64,000 bases of DNA from the sequence record DRR723986_5754, one strand, 5' to 3'. Made by a program: the position numbers and the translations under genes. Position 1 is the stretch's first letter, and each line of letters starts with the position of its first letter. Under the pieces are notes generated by a model. That model was not told the DNA's origin, searched no databases, and saw only the letters and a program-made list of their open reading frames with translations. This document shows, piece by piece, positions 16,225 to 28,147 of this stretch.

Positions 16225-17327
16225 ACGCACAAACACCGAATATTGATCTGGAAGAAGTGACACCTGTTGTTGATCCAAATGTTGAAACCCTAAACACAAC
16301 ATCCATGGCGCTTGATGCAACTATTCTCAGCCCCAGGTTTTACACAACTGATTATGAGAAGATGGACGAGCTTGATTTCGAGCCGATGCGTGCAGAATGG
16401 GATAAAATTCTTGCCGAATTTAAAGAAGATAAAAATAAAGGCCACTTTAAGCGCAACGAAGACTTTAAGCACCTTAAACTGGACAGCCTGCCAGATGACC
16501 TGCGCGCCGAGTTTGTCGACTTTTTGGTAAGCAGTATAACCTCAGAGTTTTCTGGCTGTGTGCTGTATGCTGAAATTAAGAAACGGGCCAAAAACCCGGA
16601 TGTGAAGGCTTTGTTCCGCTATATGAGCCGGGACGAATCTCGTCATGCGGGTTTCATTAATGACACGCTCAAGGATTTTGGCATTGGTGTGGATTTGTCG
16701 TTTCTGACAAAAGAAAAGAGCTACACATATTTTCGGCCGAAATTCATCTATTACGCGACATATTTAAGTGAAAAAATTGGCTACAGCCGTTATATCGCAA
16801 TATATCGCCAATTGGAGCGTCATCCTGAGCTGCGTTTTCACCCAATTTTCAAGTGGTTCAAAGAATGGTGTAATGATGAGTTTCGCCACGGCGAAGCATT
16901 CGCATTGATTATGCGGTCTAACCCGAAGCTGCTTGAAGGGCATAACCGTCTTTGGATACGTTTCTTTTTGTTGGCAGTTTATGCGACTATGTACGTGCGC
17001 GATCATAATCGCCCCGCTTTTCACAAAGCGCTAGGTGTTACGCCAACTGATTATGACTATGAAGTGTTCAAAATCTGTAATGAGAACTGCCAACAGGTAT
17101 TTCCGTTCACGCCAGACATTGATAATCCTAAACTTCGTGCAGCAATGGAAAAGTTGCGTGATGCATCTGGCGGTATTGATCGCGCGAAAGAAAAAGGCGG
17201 TATCACAGGCTTTTTCCAGCGAGCATATCACAGTACGCGCTGTGTAGCGGCTTTCATTCATCTGTATAGCCTGCCAGTTGTTGAGCACAAATTGCCTGAA
17301 AACGTACGTTTGGAACCTGTCTGGTGA
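16221..17327 (+). CDS. acsF: Aerobic Mg-protoporphyrin IX monomethyl ester cyclase
   Basis: [19 protein letters not shown], and di-iron motifs DESRHAG and DEFRHGE. Confidence 0.97.
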   Translation: MNAQTPNIDLEEVTPVVDPNVETLNTTSMALDATILSPRFYTTDYEKMDELDFEPMRAEWDKILAEFKEDKNKGHFKRNEDFKHLKLDSLPDDLRAEFVDFLVSSITSEFSGCVLYAEIKKRAKNPDVKALFRYMSRDESRHAGFINDTLKDFGIGVDLSFLTKEKSYTYFRPKFIYYATYLSEKIGYSRYIAIYRQLERHPELRFHPIFKWFKEWCNDEFRHGEAFALIMRSNPKLLEGHNRLWIRFFLLAVYATMYVRDHNRPAFHKALGVTPTDYDYEVFKICNENCQQVFPFTPDIDNPKLRAAMEKLRDASGGIDRAKEKGGITGFFQRAYHSTRCVAAFIHLYSLPVVEHKLPENVRLEPVW

Positions 17328-18145
17328 ATGAATACGGCGACTTTCTAACCGTACAAGTTGCGGTTGCTGCCCTTGGGTGGTGGTTTCTGACCGGCGCAGT
17401 CTTTTGGCTGTGCCGTCAACGGTCAGATTACTTTCCGCTTACGCTTGGGGTTGGTTTTGTCGTCTTTGCGCTGGCTTTTGTCAGCCTGAACTGGAGCTTG
17501 GACCGAAACGATAATCTAGGATTGTTTGTTGGCTTCTTAAGCGGCCTGACAATTTGGGCTTTTCAGGAACTTACATTTTACCTTGGGTATGTTACGGGAC
17601 CGAGGCGCAAGCGCTGCGAACCAGAATGTAGCGGCTGGCGGCATTGGCTTCATGCTTTGGAAGCTAGCCTGTTTCATGAAATTTCTATTGTACTCACCTT
17701 TGCAGTTTTATTGCTTATGGGGTGGGGTGCAGATAATCAGATTGCGATTTTCACTTTTACGCTGATTTGGGTCATGCACCAAAGTGCGCGTATCAATGTT
17801 ATGCTGGGTGTCCGCAACGTGAATGCGGAATGGCTACCCCAGCATTTAGATTTTCTACATAGCTTTTTACGGCAGTCGTCGCCCACTATATTTTTTACGG
17901 TGAGCGTGTCTGCGATATTACTTTTGTTTATAGTTCAGCTGGACATTCTATTTGGTTTGGCTGCGGGCGATATTAATCGCGGGGCTTTGGTGTTGCTCAC
18001 AACACTCACAGGTCTTGCACTTATTGAACATATCTGCTTGGTTGCGCCTCTGCCTTTAACGGCACTGTGGCGTATTTTTGGCGCACCACCGCCAAACCTA
18101 ACACAAGCAGCACCAAAACATGCGGGAGGGACCCATGACGTATGA
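17324..18145 (+). CDS. puhE: PuhE (DUF3623) membrane protein
   Basis: [49 protein letters not shown]. Confidence 0.88.
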   Translation: MNEYGDFLTVQVAVAALGWWFLTGAVFWLCRQRSDYFPLTLGVGFVVFALAFVSLNWSLDRNDNLGLFVGFLSGLTIWAFQELTFYLGYVTGPRRKRCEPECSGWRHWLHALEASLFHEISIVLTFAVLLLMGWGADNQIAIFTFTLIWVMHQSARINVMLGVRNVNAEWLPQHLDFLHSFLRQSSPTIFFTVSVSAILLLFIVQLDILFGLAAGDINRGALVLLTTLTGLALIEHICLVAPLPLTALWRIFGAPPPNLTQAAPKHAGGTHDV

Positions 18146-19355
18146 TGCACTCTTTAAAGAGCAGCTAGATGCGCTGAGGGAAGAAGGTAACTATAGAGTT
18201 TTTGCAGAACTGGAGCGAGAAAGAGGCGCTTTCCCGACGGCAAAAAGCTATCAAGATGACGGTGTAAGCGGCGTTACCGTTTGGTGCTCAAATGATTATT
18301 TGAGCATGGGCCAAAACCCTGTTGTTATTGAGGCCATGCATGAGGCGCTTGATAGATGTGGCACCGGGGCCGGCGGCACAAGAAATATCTCCGGTAATAC
18401 TCATGAGCATATTCTACTTGAAGCCGAACTTGCGGACCTTCACCAGAAAGATGCAGCCTTGCTGTTCACGTCAGGATATGTGTCAAACTGGGCAAGCCTT
18501 TCCACTTTAGGAAGTCGCTTGAAGGACTGCGTTATCCTCTCAGACTCAAAAAATCATGCGTCTATGATTGAAGGCATTCGCCATGCAAAGTGCGAAAAGC
18601 GCATTTGGGAACACAATGACCTGGAGGACCTGGAGCGCCAACTGCAGTCTCTGGATCATGATCGCGCTAAAATCATCGCGTTCGAATCTGTTTACTCGAT
18701 GGACGGTGATATTGCGCCCCTGCAGGGCATATGCGACCTAGCTGATAAATATAATGCCATGACCTACCTTGATGAAGTGCACGCTGTTGGCCTATACGGC
18801 CCCAGAGGTGGCGGCATTGCCGAGCGCGAAGGCTTGTCTGACCGTATTGACCTTATTGAGGGCACACTTGGCAAAGCATTCGGTGTTGTGGGTGGGTATA
18901 TAACGGGCTCAAGAGCATTGATTGATTTCATCCGCAGCTTTGCTTCAGGCTTTATCTTCACTACCGCGCTGCCGCCAGCTGTTGCGGCTGGTGCGCGTGC
19001 AAGCATCCAGTATCTGAAAAATAGCCAAATCGAACGTATGCGCCATCAGGAGCGTGTCGCCACAGTAAGGCGCAGGCTTGACCTGCTTGGCATTCCGCAT
19101 ATGCCAAACCCAAGCCATATCGTACCAATTATGGTTGGGGACCCGGTGAAATGTAAGATGATCAGTGACCGTCTGATGACAAACTCCGGCATATATGTTC
19201 AGCCAATCAATCACCCGACTGTGGCGAAGGGAACTGAAAGATTAAGGCTAACGCCTTCTCCTGTGCATACAGACGGTGATATTGATCGGTTGATGGATGC
19301 TCTGGAAAGTCTTTGGTCTGAGTGTGCGCTGTCGCGCTCTATCAGCGCGGCTTGA
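18135..19355 (+). CDS. hemA: 5-aminolevulinate synthase
   Basis: [43 protein letters not shown] (PLP Lys). GGGAGG RBS before ATG 18135. Confidence 0.97.
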   Translation: MTYDALFKEQLDALREEGNYRVFAELERERGAFPTAKSYQDDGVSGVTVWCSNDYLSMGQNPVVIEAMHEALDRCGTGAGGTRNISGNTHEHILLEAELADLHQKDAALLFTSGYVSNWASLSTLGSRLKDCVILSDSKNHASMIEGIRHAKCEKRIWEHNDLEDLERQLQSLDHDRAKIIAFESVYSMDGDIAPLQGICDLADKYNAMTYLDEVHAVGLYGPRGGGIAEREGLSDRIDLIEGTLGKAFGVVGGYITGSRALIDFIRSFASGFIFTTALPPAVAAGARASIQYLKNSQIERMRHQERVATVRRRLDLLGIPHMPNPSHIVPIMVGDPVKCKMISDRLMTNSGIYVQPINHPTVAKGTERLRLTPSPVHTDGDIDRLMDALESLWSECALSRSISAA

Positions 19356-19370
19356 TCTTTTTATAGGTTT

Positions 19371-20135
19371 ATGGATGGGTCAGCCATAGAGTCTCAACTT
19401 CAATCAGGCGATGATCTTTCGGCCGATAGCCAGCCCGATGGTAAGTCGTCGGTTACTACATTGACGCTTTTCACTTTTTCAGGGCTCAGAAAACTTTGGA
19501 TTTTTAGCCAAATGGGCTTTGCTCATGCTGATATGGTACGCAAAGACGTCACACAGCCCAATTTTTATAAGCTGGTTGGTAGCGGCAGCGGTGTTGGCTT
19601 TGACCCTAAACCAAATTGGTCGCGCTACGGTATGCTTGCCACATGGAATGATGAAGCTTCAGCGCGTGAAGCGATGAACTCTCACCCAACGATAAAGCGC
19701 TGGCGCCGCCACGCTGTTGAGACAGAAACCTTTATTTTAGAGAATGCTCGATCAAACGGTTTATGGTCAGGGCATCAACCCTTTCCGGCAAAGGCTGACG
19801 TAAGCCAACGAAAATCCGCTAGCCCGAATGAGCCAGTTGCGGTCATTACACGCGCCAGGCTTAGGTGGTCTATTTTGTTTGACTTTTGGCGGCGTGTTCC
19901 AGGCATATCGGAACAAATTGATGAAGCAGGCGGCGTGCTTTTCAAGGCCGGTATTGGAGAAGTCCCCTGGTTGCATCAAATTACGTTCAGCCTGTGGAAA
20001 GATGAAAAGTCTATTAGAAACTTTGCTTATAAAAGCGGTGCGCATGCAACTGCTATAACTCAGGCGCGCAATGGTGGATGGTTTGGTGAAGACTTGTTTG
20101 CGCGCTTTAGATTGATCGATCACATTACCGAATAA
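19371..20135 (+). CDS. crtA: Spheroidene monooxygenase
   Basis: FYKLVGSGSGVGFDPKPNW, FKAGIGEVPWLHQITFSLW, AHATAI, GWFGEDLFARF. Confidence 0.9.
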   Translation: MDGSAIESQLQSGDDLSADSQPDGKSSVTTLTLFTFSGLRKLWIFSQMGFAHADMVRKDVTQPNFYKLVGSGSGVGFDPKPNWSRYGMLATWNDEASAREAMNSHPTIKRWRRHAVETETFILENARSNGLWSGHQPFPAKADVSQRKSASPNEPVAVITRARLRWSILFDFWRRVPGISEQIDEAGGVLFKAGIGEVPWLHQITFSLWKDEKSIRNFAYKSGAHATAITQARNGGWFGEDLFARFRLIDHITE

Positions 20136-20185
20136 CAACGTGTGCAGATGCATATGGATGTCTGTTTTACAGTGAGCTAAAGGCA

Positions 20186-20226
20186 ATAAAAAACCCGGCG
20201 ACCGTAATCGCCGGGTTTATTTTTTT
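20186..20226. terminator. Bidirectional intrinsic terminator between convergent crtA and pufC
   Basis: AAACCCGGCGA-ccgtaa-TCGCCGGGTTT stem, with an A-tract before and a T-tract after. Confidence 0.85.
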
Positions 20227-20238
20227 GTATTTGAGAGG

Positions 20239-21411
20239 TTAGTCCAAGCCAGAGCCAGTCTCAGAACTTTCCTCTTTGCTGTCCTTCGTGGCTTTAGAAT
20301 GAGCCATAGCAGCTTCTGCCATTGCTTGAGCCACCATGGCTTTTTTCTGCTCTTCGGTCATCCCGGCAGTGTCAAAGTTCCGGCCGCCCCATAGTTCAGG
20401 ATGATCCTTCAGCATTTCAGCACCGTACATGGGCTTGTTCACACCCACATGGCACGTTGCGCAGTAAACCTTGCCAACATCACCCGTTGGGCCAAGTCTG
20501 TTGTCTGGGAAGATACCAGTGAGCGGCACCATATAGTCGTTATTGATATCGCGGACCATACGAATACCAAACCACGCCGTTGCTCTTGCCTCGGGGCTTT
20601 GGTCCCACTCAGCGAAAGCGCGCGAATTATGACAGAAAGTGCAGTTTACCCCCAAAGACTGAGACATGTGGGTCATCAATGAATAGGTATATTCCGTATT
20701 CTTGATGCCACCTTCCGGCGCTGTGCCGCTGGGCAAGGCCGTGGGGCTGTTCACACGAATGTTTTTGTCATCCAGGAGATACCTTGAAAACGGATCCTCT
20801 GGCAAACTTGCATAATTTATGTCTTCAGTCGCTCTATTTTGTTGCGCCCGATACCCTACACCAAGCCCTTTTTCAGGCTCTGCCTTAAACCAAAGGTTTT
20901 CTGGCACAGCGTTGCCTCTGTGGCAGGTGTAACAAGTAACACCAACATTGCCCACGTGGTTTTCCCAGTTTGCGTTGATGTTCATGGTCATTTGCAACAT
21001 GGTGCGGGCCACATGTTTGGTGTAAACGCTGTCATCCGCGAACCCATTGTCAAGGCTGTGACAATAAGCGCAACCTTCTTCGGGTGGTGCAATCCATTCC
21101 GTCATATGCGCCATCAAACGATCAAACTCGGCAGCGCGCAGGTTCGTCAGGACCTGAACATTTTCATAAATGTCCGTAGCCATGTCACCTTCTGTGCTGC
21201 TCTCTGGCGGATAAAGCGCTTCAGGTACGTTATTAAGAGCCACCTTGATGGCCTCAATTTCCGCATTCTTTACAGTTTCCATCGCTGTGCCGCGATAGCC
21301 CTGTTGAGATGCTTCCTGATTGCTAGGGTTTTCGCAGCCTGCGAGCAGTAAGCCCGCAACTGCAAAAACGCCAACTGATTTTATTGCACTATTTATCGGT
21401 TTCCAGGTCAT
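20239..21411 (-). CDS. pufC: Reaction-centre-bound tetraheme cytochrome c (lipoprotein)
   Basis: Lipobox LLLAGC and four CxxCH motifs (CAYCH, CYTCH, CTFCH, CATCH). Axial-ligand segments FDRLMAHMTEW, VARTMLQM, WENHVG, YSLMTHMS. Confidence 0.96.
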   Translation of the reverse strand: MTWKPINSAIKSVGVFAVAGLLLAGCENPSNQEASQQGYRGTAMETVKNAEIEAIKVALNNVPEALYPPESSTEGDMATDIYENVQVLTNLRAAEFDRLMAHMTEWIAPPEEGCAYCHSLDNGFADDSVYTKHVARTMLQMTMNINANWENHVGNVGVTCYTCHRGNAVPENLWFKAEPEKGLGVGYRAQQNRATEDINYASLPEDPFSRYLLDDKNIRVNSPTALPSGTAPEGGIKNTEYTYSLMTHMSQSLGVNCTFCHNSRAFAEWDQSPEARATAWFGIRMVRDINNDYMVPLTGIFPDNRLGPTGDVGKVYCATCHVGVNKPMYGAEMLKDHPELWGGRNFDTAGMTEEQKKAMVAQAMAEAAMAHSKATKDSKEESSETGSGLD

Positions 21412-21413
21412 GT

Positions 21414-22379
21414 CTAACCTCCTATCGCAGGATCAACTGCCACTGGCATGACAGCAGGATATGCAGGTGCAACTCCGTGTTTAACTGCCCATAAGTACCA
21501 GTTGTCGACAACAGTACCGGTTAATAGAATGCCAATACCGCCTGTTAATGTAGTTAGCACTGCGAACCACCACGCCCAACGGTGAATACTTTCCATTGAA
21601 GCATTGAAGCCCATAGTCCAGCGCCAAAACAATGCCGCTCTTTCTGAAGCTGTACCTCTGTCGGTAATTTGCTCAAGTTCGCGGTCACCGCCGTAGCGCG
21701 TTACCGCTAAAATGGTTGCGCCGTGCATGGCAAACAACAGGGCCGATCCATAAAGGAAAGCAATAGAAAGCATATGGAATGGGTTATAGAACAGGTTGCC
21801 GTGTCGAATGGATAAGGCGGCTGTCCAATCAAGGTGAGGGAAAATGCCGTACGGTACACCCTCAGACCAGCTGCCCATCAAAACGGGGCGGAGCAGGCCA
21901 AGCACCAGAAATAACCATATGGCACTGGCAAACGCCCAGGCAACATGGGTACCCATCTCTAATTCAACGGCGCGCCGGTATGTTCTAACCCACCACAGAA
22001 TTACAGATACGAGCAGGAAGAAGCTTGATAACAGCCACCATCCGCCTTCATCCAAAGGAGGGATGCTAAGGCCGTATTTCGCAGCCGGCGGCTCAAGCGC
22101 GAGCCAGAAGAACTGACGGATAAATTCGCCGACGTCCCAGCCAACTGAAGCCAGCATGTTAAAACCCATAATGTTGACAGAAAGAATGCCAAACATTAGG
22201 GCAGCTAAGCCTAGTTTACCCAAATAAAACGGTCCAAACTGGGCATCGCCTAGTATACCGAGCAAGTAGTTGAAACCACCTTTGCCTAAGCGTCGTTCGT
22301 TGTTATTGCCAAGGGGAACACCGGGAAATACTGGGCCCCTGACTTGGACTTTCGTAAATATATTTTGATAGTCTGCCAT
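21414..22379 (-). CDS. pufM: Reaction centre M subunit
   Basis: [44 protein letters not shown]. Confidence 0.99.
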   Translation of the reverse strand: MADYQNIFTKVQVRGPVFPGVPLGNNNERRLGKGGFNYLLGILGDAQFGPFYLGKLGLAALMFGILSVNIMGFNMLASVGWDVGEFIRQFFWLALEPPAAKYGLSIPPLDEGGWWLLSSFFLLVSVILWWVRTYRRAVELEMGTHVAWAFASAIWLFLVLGLLRPVLMGSWSEGVPYGIFPHLDWTAALSIRHGNLFYNPFHMLSIAFLYGSALLFAMHGATILAVTRYGGDRELEQITDRGTASERAALFWRWTMGFNASMESIHRWAWWFAVLTTLTGGIGILLTGTVVDNWYLWAVKHGVAPAYPAVMPVAVDPAIGG

Positions 22380-22391
22380 TGTATGCCCCCT

Positions 22392-23216
22392 TTATGACCA
22401 AATCGGCAGATGCAGCCACCAGCTCCACCATTCCGGCCAACCACGTGTCCAGAAAGGTCCGCTGATTACAATGCAAACTGCGCTGAAGAAAACGGCACCC
22501 AATGCCAAATACATACCAAGACGGTGAATACCTAGTGGGCCAATCGAATAGCCAACCAAGTCGCGGAAAAAAGTATTTTCATGCTCGGCTGTTTTAACAA
22601 CTTTTCCTTTCCCTGGGTTTGTTGATGACAAGATCAACGCACCATGCAGCGCCAAAGCAAAGCATGTGGTAAAGAATAAGCTGACAGCAATCATATGTGC
22701 GGGATTGTAGTGGAAATGCAGGAACTGATACCCGACGTTAGAAACCCAATCCAAATGCGATAGAATACCGTAAGGGAAGCCATGCCCCCAAGCGCCTAGC
22801 ATGAAAGGCCTAATAATGACCAAGGTCACATAAGCTAAAATAGCAAAACCAAAAGCGATAGGTACATGGTACCCAATGCCGAGCTTCCGGCAAATTTCAA
22901 CTTCACGTAAAGCCCAGGAAACAAAAGCCCCGGTGGCACACATGGTAATTATCTGCCAAAGGCCCCCGTCTTGTAAGGGGGCTAGACCCAAACCATATTT
23001 CAGGTCAGGCGGCGCAATATTGATTTGCCAAACATTCCATGTTGGCCCCAAAGAAGCACCATATAAAATAAGCGCGACACCAATCAGTGTACAGAAAAGC
23101 GTCGTCACTCCAAAAAATCCAACGTAAAAAGGCCCAACCCAAAAATCAAACAGATCTCCGCCGATTAATGTGCCGCCACGTACGCGATACTTTCGCTCAA
23201 AACTCAGTAAAGCCAT
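22392..23216 (-). CDS. pufL: Reaction centre L subunit
   Basis: [30 protein letters not shown]. Confidence 0.99.
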   Translation of the reverse strand: MALLSFERKYRVRGGTLIGGDLFDFWVGPFYVGFFGVTTLFCTLIGVALILYGASLGPTWNVWQINIAPPDLKYGLGLAPLQDGGLWQIITMCATGAFVSWALREVEICRKLGIGYHVPIAFGFAILAYVTLVIIRPFMLGAWGHGFPYGILSHLDWVSNVGYQFLHFHYNPAHMIAVSLFFTTCFALALHGALILSSTNPGKGKVVKTAEHENTFFRDLVGYSIGPLGIHRLGMYLALGAVFFSAVCIVISGPFWTRGWPEWWSWWLHLPIWS

Positions 23217-23269
23217 GACATATCTCCCTCACGATCAAACTGGTCCATTGATGGGGCCAAGCTAATACG

Positions 23270-23359
23270 TATGTCGCCGGTCGGTCATCGACCGACATAA
23301 ATGTCTTCGAAGGGCTGCGGGTAGGGCAAAATTGCGATCCACCCGCAGCCATTTTTTTT
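23270..23359. promoter_or_regulatory. pufA-pufL intercistronic stem-loops
   Basis: TATGTCG...CGACATA at 23270-23299, and a 10-bp stem GGCTGCGGGT/ACCCGCAGCC at 23313-23350 followed on + by T8. Confidence 0.75.
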
Positions 23360-23379
23360 GGTCTTTAAGGAATAAGGCC

Positions 23380-23562
23380 TTAGCCAAAACCAGTTAGCAT
23401 TGCTGTAGTCTGCGCAGCAGATGCAACCGACTCTCCTTGAAGCCAGTTAAACCTCTCGGTGCTCAAAATCACGAAGTGAATGAAAATCGCGAGCGCAAAT
23501 AGAAAAACGAACATCGCGACTAATGCTCTCCGTGGATCAAAAAGAAGCCAAATTCTCCACAT
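23380..23562 (-). CDS. pufA: LH1 alpha subunit
   Basis: [15 protein letters not shown]...[21 protein letters not shown]. Confidence 0.97.
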   Translation of the reverse strand: MWRIWLLFDPRRALVAMFVFLFALAIFIHFVILSTERFNWLQGESVASAAQTTAMLTGFG

Positions 23563-23573
23563 GATACTTCTCC

Positions 23574-23792
23574 TTAACCTAGCATTGAGAGGTATGTAGA
23601 CGCCTGTTGAATGACACCAGCAGCTTCCGCATAGCCAGAGTCACCAGGGATCCAAGGCCGCCACATCCACACAAGAACGTGCGCCACGGTGGCTACCGCA
23701 GTGAAACCAACGAAACTTGCCATGAATAGGCCATGGAATTCTTTGGCTTCCTCTTCGGTCAATCCCGACAGGGAACTTTCAGAGTCATACAT
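23574..23792 (-). CDS. pufB: LH1 beta subunit with C-terminal extension
   Basis: [14 protein letters not shown]...[22 protein letters not shown]. Confidence 0.97.
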   Translation of the reverse strand: MYDSESSLSGLTEEEAKEFHGLFMASFVGFTAVATVAHVLVWMWRPWIPGDSGYAEAAGVIQQASTYLSMLG

Positions 23793-23860
23793 ACTCTTCT
23801 CCAGTTTATGGGCTTTCGCCCGTCAATACTCAGAACACATTCCTACTGCTTCAATCACAC

Positions 23861-24136
23861 TCAGCTGTGATTGAAGGCAAAAGCTATCGTCCCTCTAGCG
23901 TTGTCCCAGGTTTCGCGCCAAATCGAGCGGTTGTCCTGGTTAAGCGAGGTGTCAAAACGTCCGTGATGCAGACGTCCGTATATTGTTGCGATTAAAAACA
24001 AACCGTATGTTGCAAGCGCCAAAAGTCTTAATTCTTGCCGTGCACTCAGAAAGTCATCTGAGGCATGTGACGTTGGCATGGTAGCAACCGAACTATATTG
24101 GTCTGAACTCATAACTGGGCGGGTTTTAGACGACAT
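23861..24136 (-). CDS. pufQ: PufQ-like small membrane protein
   Basis: Between bchZ and pufB, with an AAGGAG RBS and one TM. The C-terminal [18 protein letters not shown] resembles the PufQ amphipathic tail. Confidence 0.65.
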   Translation of the reverse strand: MSSKTRPVMSSDQYSSVATMPTSHASDDFLSARQELRLLALATYGLFLIATIYGRLHHGRFDTSLNQDNRSIWRETWDNARGTIAFAFNHS

Positions 24137-25595
24137 GATGCATCTCCTTGTCCGCTTGGTTAATATGATCCACCGAAACCTCGGTAGAGCCTTCTATCCG
24201 CGCAATTGCCTCGGCGGCATCGCGCAGTCGTTTACTATGACTTATTCGTGTCAAAACGGGTGTTTCACTGAGCGATAGCTCAAGCGCGCCGCGGGCTTCT
24301 GCTGTCCACGGTAAAATACTGGGGTTTTTCGTGCCAGATTGGCGCGTAGGAGTCGCAAGTTTGCGATCCATTTCTGTACCGAGCGGCAGAATATGGAACA
24401 GCATGTCAAATAGGGCGTTAGCAACTTCCTGGACCATATAAGCCGCACCAGAATATCCCATAAACGGTGTGCCTATGTGGCGGCGCACAACAGTGCCTGG
24501 ATAGCTTGCCGGAATATAGGCTGATCTTCCACCTGCTTCAGCGGCATACATGCGTTCGTTGACGCTACCAAAAATAATTAGGGGCGGTGTTTCGGTAAGG
24601 CTTTTGCGAACTTTTTCGTTATCAGGTTTCACCCCGGCGCAACGGCCCACATTCAGTGTGCAGGGCATGCCCAATTCTTCTTCCAGAAAAACTTTTACGC
24701 CTCGCGCATATGTTTCATTGGCAACAATCGCAAAACTGGCCGTTGCAAAAAAGTCTTGGGTGACTGAGCGCCACAGGTCCCAGATCATTTTGATGGTTGT
24801 GTGCTTTTCGCGCTCAATGAAAGGTTGCGGGTCTAGGTCTAAAAGTTCACCGAGTTTTTCAAGGAACTTTGTAGTGCTTTCCAGCCCGATAGGAGCTTGC
24901 AGATAGGGTTTCTCAAGGGATTCACAGAGAATGCGGCCATATTCACGGTACATGCAAATATTGACATCTGCATCCACCAATCGTGGGGCATCTGTTAAGT
25001 GACTACCCAGCGGGAACACCAAATTGATCTCAGCGCCGATGCCTTCAACCAAACGCCGTATTTCGGCAAGGTCTGACGCCATGTTAAACATGCCATATGC
25101 TGGACCAAGGATGTTCACACGGGGTTTCGCGCCTTCAGGACGAGGTTTTTCTTTCGGCATTTTCTTTTTGCCGCGTTTACCAAATTCAGTCCAAAGCCAG
25201 TTAAGAGCACGGTCGGCTGACTGCCATTGGTCTTCGTCAATGGTGCGCGGTAGAAACCTTTTTAAACCAGTTCCTTCTGGTGTCACACCGCCGCCTATCA
25301 TCTCCGCGATAGACCCGGTTACAACAACAGAAGGCTGTGTAGGGTCTAATTGTGCATGCGCTCTTTTAAGCGCTTCTTCAGTGCCGTGTTGCCCCAGTTC
25401 TTCTTCCGCTAGTCCAGAAACAACAACAGGCAGTTCGTGCGGTGGTAGCGCGTCGGTATAATGCAGAACCGAAGTCACTGGTAAGTTTTCGCAGCCAACA
25501 GGGCCATCAATAACGACTTGAAGGCCTTTTACTGCAGTAAAGATGTAAACACTGCCCCAGTAACCGCCAGCTCTATCATGATCAATTACATACAT
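24126..25595 (-). CDS. bchZ: Chlorophyllide reductase subunit Z
   Basis: [40 protein letters not shown]. Confidence 0.97.
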   Translation of the reverse strand: MYVIDHDRAGGYWGSVYIFTAVKGLQVVIDGPVGCENLPVTSVLHYTDALPPHELPVVVSGLAEEELGQHGTEEALKRAHAQLDPTQPSVVVTGSIAEMIGGGVTPEGTGLKRFLPRTIDEDQWQSADRALNWLWTEFGKRGKKKMPKEKPRPEGAKPRVNILGPAYGMFNMASDLAEIRRLVEGIGAEINLVFPLGSHLTDAPRLVDADVNICMYREYGRILCESLEKPYLQAPIGLESTTKFLEKLGELLDLDPQPFIEREKHTTIKMIWDLWRSVTQDFFATASFAIVANETYARGVKVFLEEELGMPCTLNVGRCAGVKPDNEKVRKSLTETPPLIIFGSVNERMYAAEAGGRSAYIPASYPGTVVRRHIGTPFMGYSGAAYMVQEVANALFDMLFHILPLGTEMDRKLATPTRQSGTKNPSILPWTAEARGALELSLSETPVLTRISHSKRLRDAAEAIARIEGSTEVSVDHINQADKEMHHVV

Positions 25596-25597
25596 GC

Positions 25598-27142
25598 TTA
25601 ACCTCCAACAGAAGCATCAACGATGCTTCCTTCCACGTTGGTAGATTTTGGTTTTGGCTTGCTACGAACGGCACGCTTTTCGGGTGTATTTTCCCAAATG
25701 CCCGCGTTGTCACCTTTGCCAACCTCACCGAAAAAGCTTTTCATGCTTGAGAAGCGATCCGCTGAGTTAAGGGCGCCGGTTAATACCTGGGTCATGGCAC
25801 CTGCGCCAGCAATACCAAATAAAGGACGCGCTGAAATCAGGTTAGTGAAATATAGTGAGGGAACAGCTGCTTCTTTTGCTGCTTGAACCACTGGCGTTGT
25901 ACCTATGGCCAAATCCGGCTTGAATTCTTTGAAGGCAGCCAGGTCATCTTCAAGGCTGGCTCTGAATTTTACATGAACACCGCGTGCCTCCAACCATGCT
26001 TGGTCATCAGCAGAATAGGGTGTTCGAGGACAAGCTGACCCTACATATTTAATGTCTGCACCAGATTCGCACAATAGTCGAGCCACCAACAGTTCAGATC
26101 CTTCATACCCACTCAGCGTGATGCGTGCATTGATAGGATTGGCCGCCAGCGCCCCTTTAATGGCAGGGAGTACAGAATTTTGGGCTTCGGCTATGCGCTT
26201 TTCAGAAACGCCAGCGCTTTCACCAATTGCTTGTAGCCAAGTTGCTGTGCCTTCGTAGCCGACCGGGCCAGAACCAACAACAGGGCGTCCTGCCGTTTTA
26301 AATTCGCGAATTGATGCCGTATAGAAGGGGTGAATCGCCGCGACCGACACACTGTTGAGCGCGCCGTATAATTCTCGCCATTCTCGAGTTGGCACCACTG
26401 GCCCTGCCGCTAACCCAAGGGGGTCAAGTAAAGCGCCAATGGTCATCGGATCCGCCGGGAACATTTCCCCTAGCAAAGCAACCGTCGGCCGGTCAGTGTC
26501 AATACCCTCTGGAGCAGGTACGGCGCCTTGCTCGCACTCACGCCGGGCATAAGCAAGCATTGCGCCCGCAAGAATATCTTTTGCTTCGGCGTGTGTTGGC
26601 ACCCCAAAGCCAGGAACATCTATACCGATAATACGTACGCCATTTATCGCTTCGGGCAGCAACCTCAGCGGAACACCACTGGCCGTTGGTACACAGAGGT
26701 TTGTGATGACGATTGCATCATATTTCTCAGGGTCGGCAAGGTCTTCAACACTTTGCTTGATGTCTTCAAACAATTTACCGGTAACCAATGTTTCCGAGTT
26801 AAATGGCACATAGCCAACACTGCGGCGTGCTCCGTAAAAATGCGAGGTAAAGGTCAGGCCGTAAACACAGCATGCTGAGCCGGACAAAATTGTTGCTGTT
26901 CGCTGCATACGCAAGCCAACGCGCAAGCTACCGAACGCTGGGCACATGCTCTGCGGTTGATCATGAGGGCCGGTTGGATAATCCTCACGGTAACGAGATA
27001 AAAGTGCTTCGTTATGTTCATCGCGCGCGGCCGCGTCGTCAGCATGCGCTGCCACCTGACGGGTCTTTTCGTCACTAGAATGGCAATTCACGTCATCTGC
27101 GACGGGAGTTTCGGAGCTCATATTTTGCTTCTCATCAGGCAC
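25598..27142 (-). CDS. bchY: Chlorophyllide reductase subunit Y
   Basis: [44 protein letters not shown]. Confidence 0.97.
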   Translation of the reverse strand: MPDEKQNMSSETPVADDVNCHSSDEKTRQVAAHADDAAARDEHNEALLSRYREDYPTGPHDQPQSMCPAFGSLRVGLRMQRTATILSGSACCVYGLTFTSHFYGARRSVGYVPFNSETLVTGKLFEDIKQSVEDLADPEKYDAIVITNLCVPTASGVPLRLLPEAINGVRIIGIDVPGFGVPTHAEAKDILAGAMLAYARRECEQGAVPAPEGIDTDRPTVALLGEMFPADPMTIGALLDPLGLAAGPVVPTREWRELYGALNSVSVAAIHPFYTASIREFKTAGRPVVGSGPVGYEGTATWLQAIGESAGVSEKRIAEAQNSVLPAIKGALAANPINARITLSGYEGSELLVARLLCESGADIKYVGSACPRTPYSADDQAWLEARGVHVKFRASLEDDLAAFKEFKPDLAIGTTPVVQAAKEAAVPSLYFTNLISARPLFGIAGAGAMTQVLTGALNSADRFSSMKSFFGEVGKGDNAGIWENTPEKRAVRSKPKPKSTNVEGSIVDASVGG

Positions 27143-27169
27143 TATTGTTTCCCAAAACCCTTCAGGGCA

Positions 27170-28147
27170 TTACGCTTTGTCATAAATAACTTCTAATGAC
27201 TCTTTAATAATCGGATTGCTGCCACACATATCTGCGAAGGTCGCAGGCTCAAGCACCCAGTCACGACCGGTTTCCTCACTGGAGAACAGGTCTAAAAGCC
27301 CGTCAGGCTCAAGCGGGTTTGGCAAAACAGGTGGCGCATCAGCAGCATTCGCGCCAAGGGTGGTGAACAGGTCTTCCCACGGCGAACCTGGTTTGCCCAC
27401 TATCTGATAGTTTGCACTTTTGCGGCGAATATCTTCATCTTGTGGAATAGCTGCCAGCACAGGAATGCCAACCGCATCAGCAAATGCTTGGGCTTCGCCT
27501 GTACCATCATCTTTGTTGATAACTAGGCCTGCAACACCGACATTCCCGCCTAGTCTGCGGAAATATTGCACGGCCGAGCAAACATTGTTCGCTACATAGA
27601 GTGATTGCAGGTCATTGGACCCTACAACGATAACTTTCTGGCATAAGTCCCGGGCAATAGGCAGGCCAAAGCCACCGCAAACCACGTCTCCCAAAAAGTC
27701 GAGAAGAACATAGTCAAAGTCCCAGTCATGGAACCCTAATTTTTCCAGTAATTCAAAGCCGTGAATAATACCACGACCACCACAGCCACGACCAACTTCA
27801 GGGCCGCCAAGTTCCATGGCGAATACACCGTCGCGTTTGAAGCAAACATCCCCTATTTCAACTTCTTCACCAGCGGCTTTTTTGGCCGAGGATGTTTCAA
27901 TAATTGTTGGGCAACTTTTACCGCCAAACAGAAGGCTGGTTGTATCGCTTTTGGGGTCACAGCCAATAAGCAAAACGCGCTTGCCTTGCTGCGACATCAT
28001 GTAGGACAAGTTAGCGAGCGTGAAGCTTTTGCCAATGCCACCTTTGCCGTAAATAGCAATAACTTGAGTTTCACCAGGTTTGCGAGGGCCAGCAGGGGGC
28101 AGATCATCGCCGCCTGATGAGGGTTGGGTGTCTCCGCGTGGGCTCAC
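27170..28147 (-). CDS. bchX: Chlorophyllide reductase iron protein subunit X
   Basis: [30 protein letters not shown]. Probable GTG start at 28147 overlapping the bchC stop (GTGA). Confidence 0.96.
   Translation of the reverse strand: MSPRGDTQPSSGGDDLPPAGPRKPGETQVIAIYGKGGIGKSFTLANLSYMMSQQGKRVLLIGCDPKSDTTSLLFGGKSCPTIIETSSAKKAAGEEVEIGDVCFKRDGVFAMELGGPEVGRGCGGRGIIHGFELLEKLGFHDWDFDYVLLDFLGDVVCGGFGLPIARDLCQKVIVVGSNDLQSLYVANNVCSAVQYFRRLGGNVGVAGLVINKDDGTGEAQAFADAVGIPVLAAIPQDEDIRRKSANYQIVGKPGSPWEDLFTTLGANAADAPPVLPNPLEPDGLLDLFSSEETGRDWVLEPATFADMCGSNPIIKESLEVIYDKA

Noticed and set aside
21414-23216. Unusual reaction-centre chemistry (e.g. Zn-BChl-type L168 substitution)
   Set aside because: His L168/L173, His M202, Tyr M210 and Leu M214 equivalents all look canonical.
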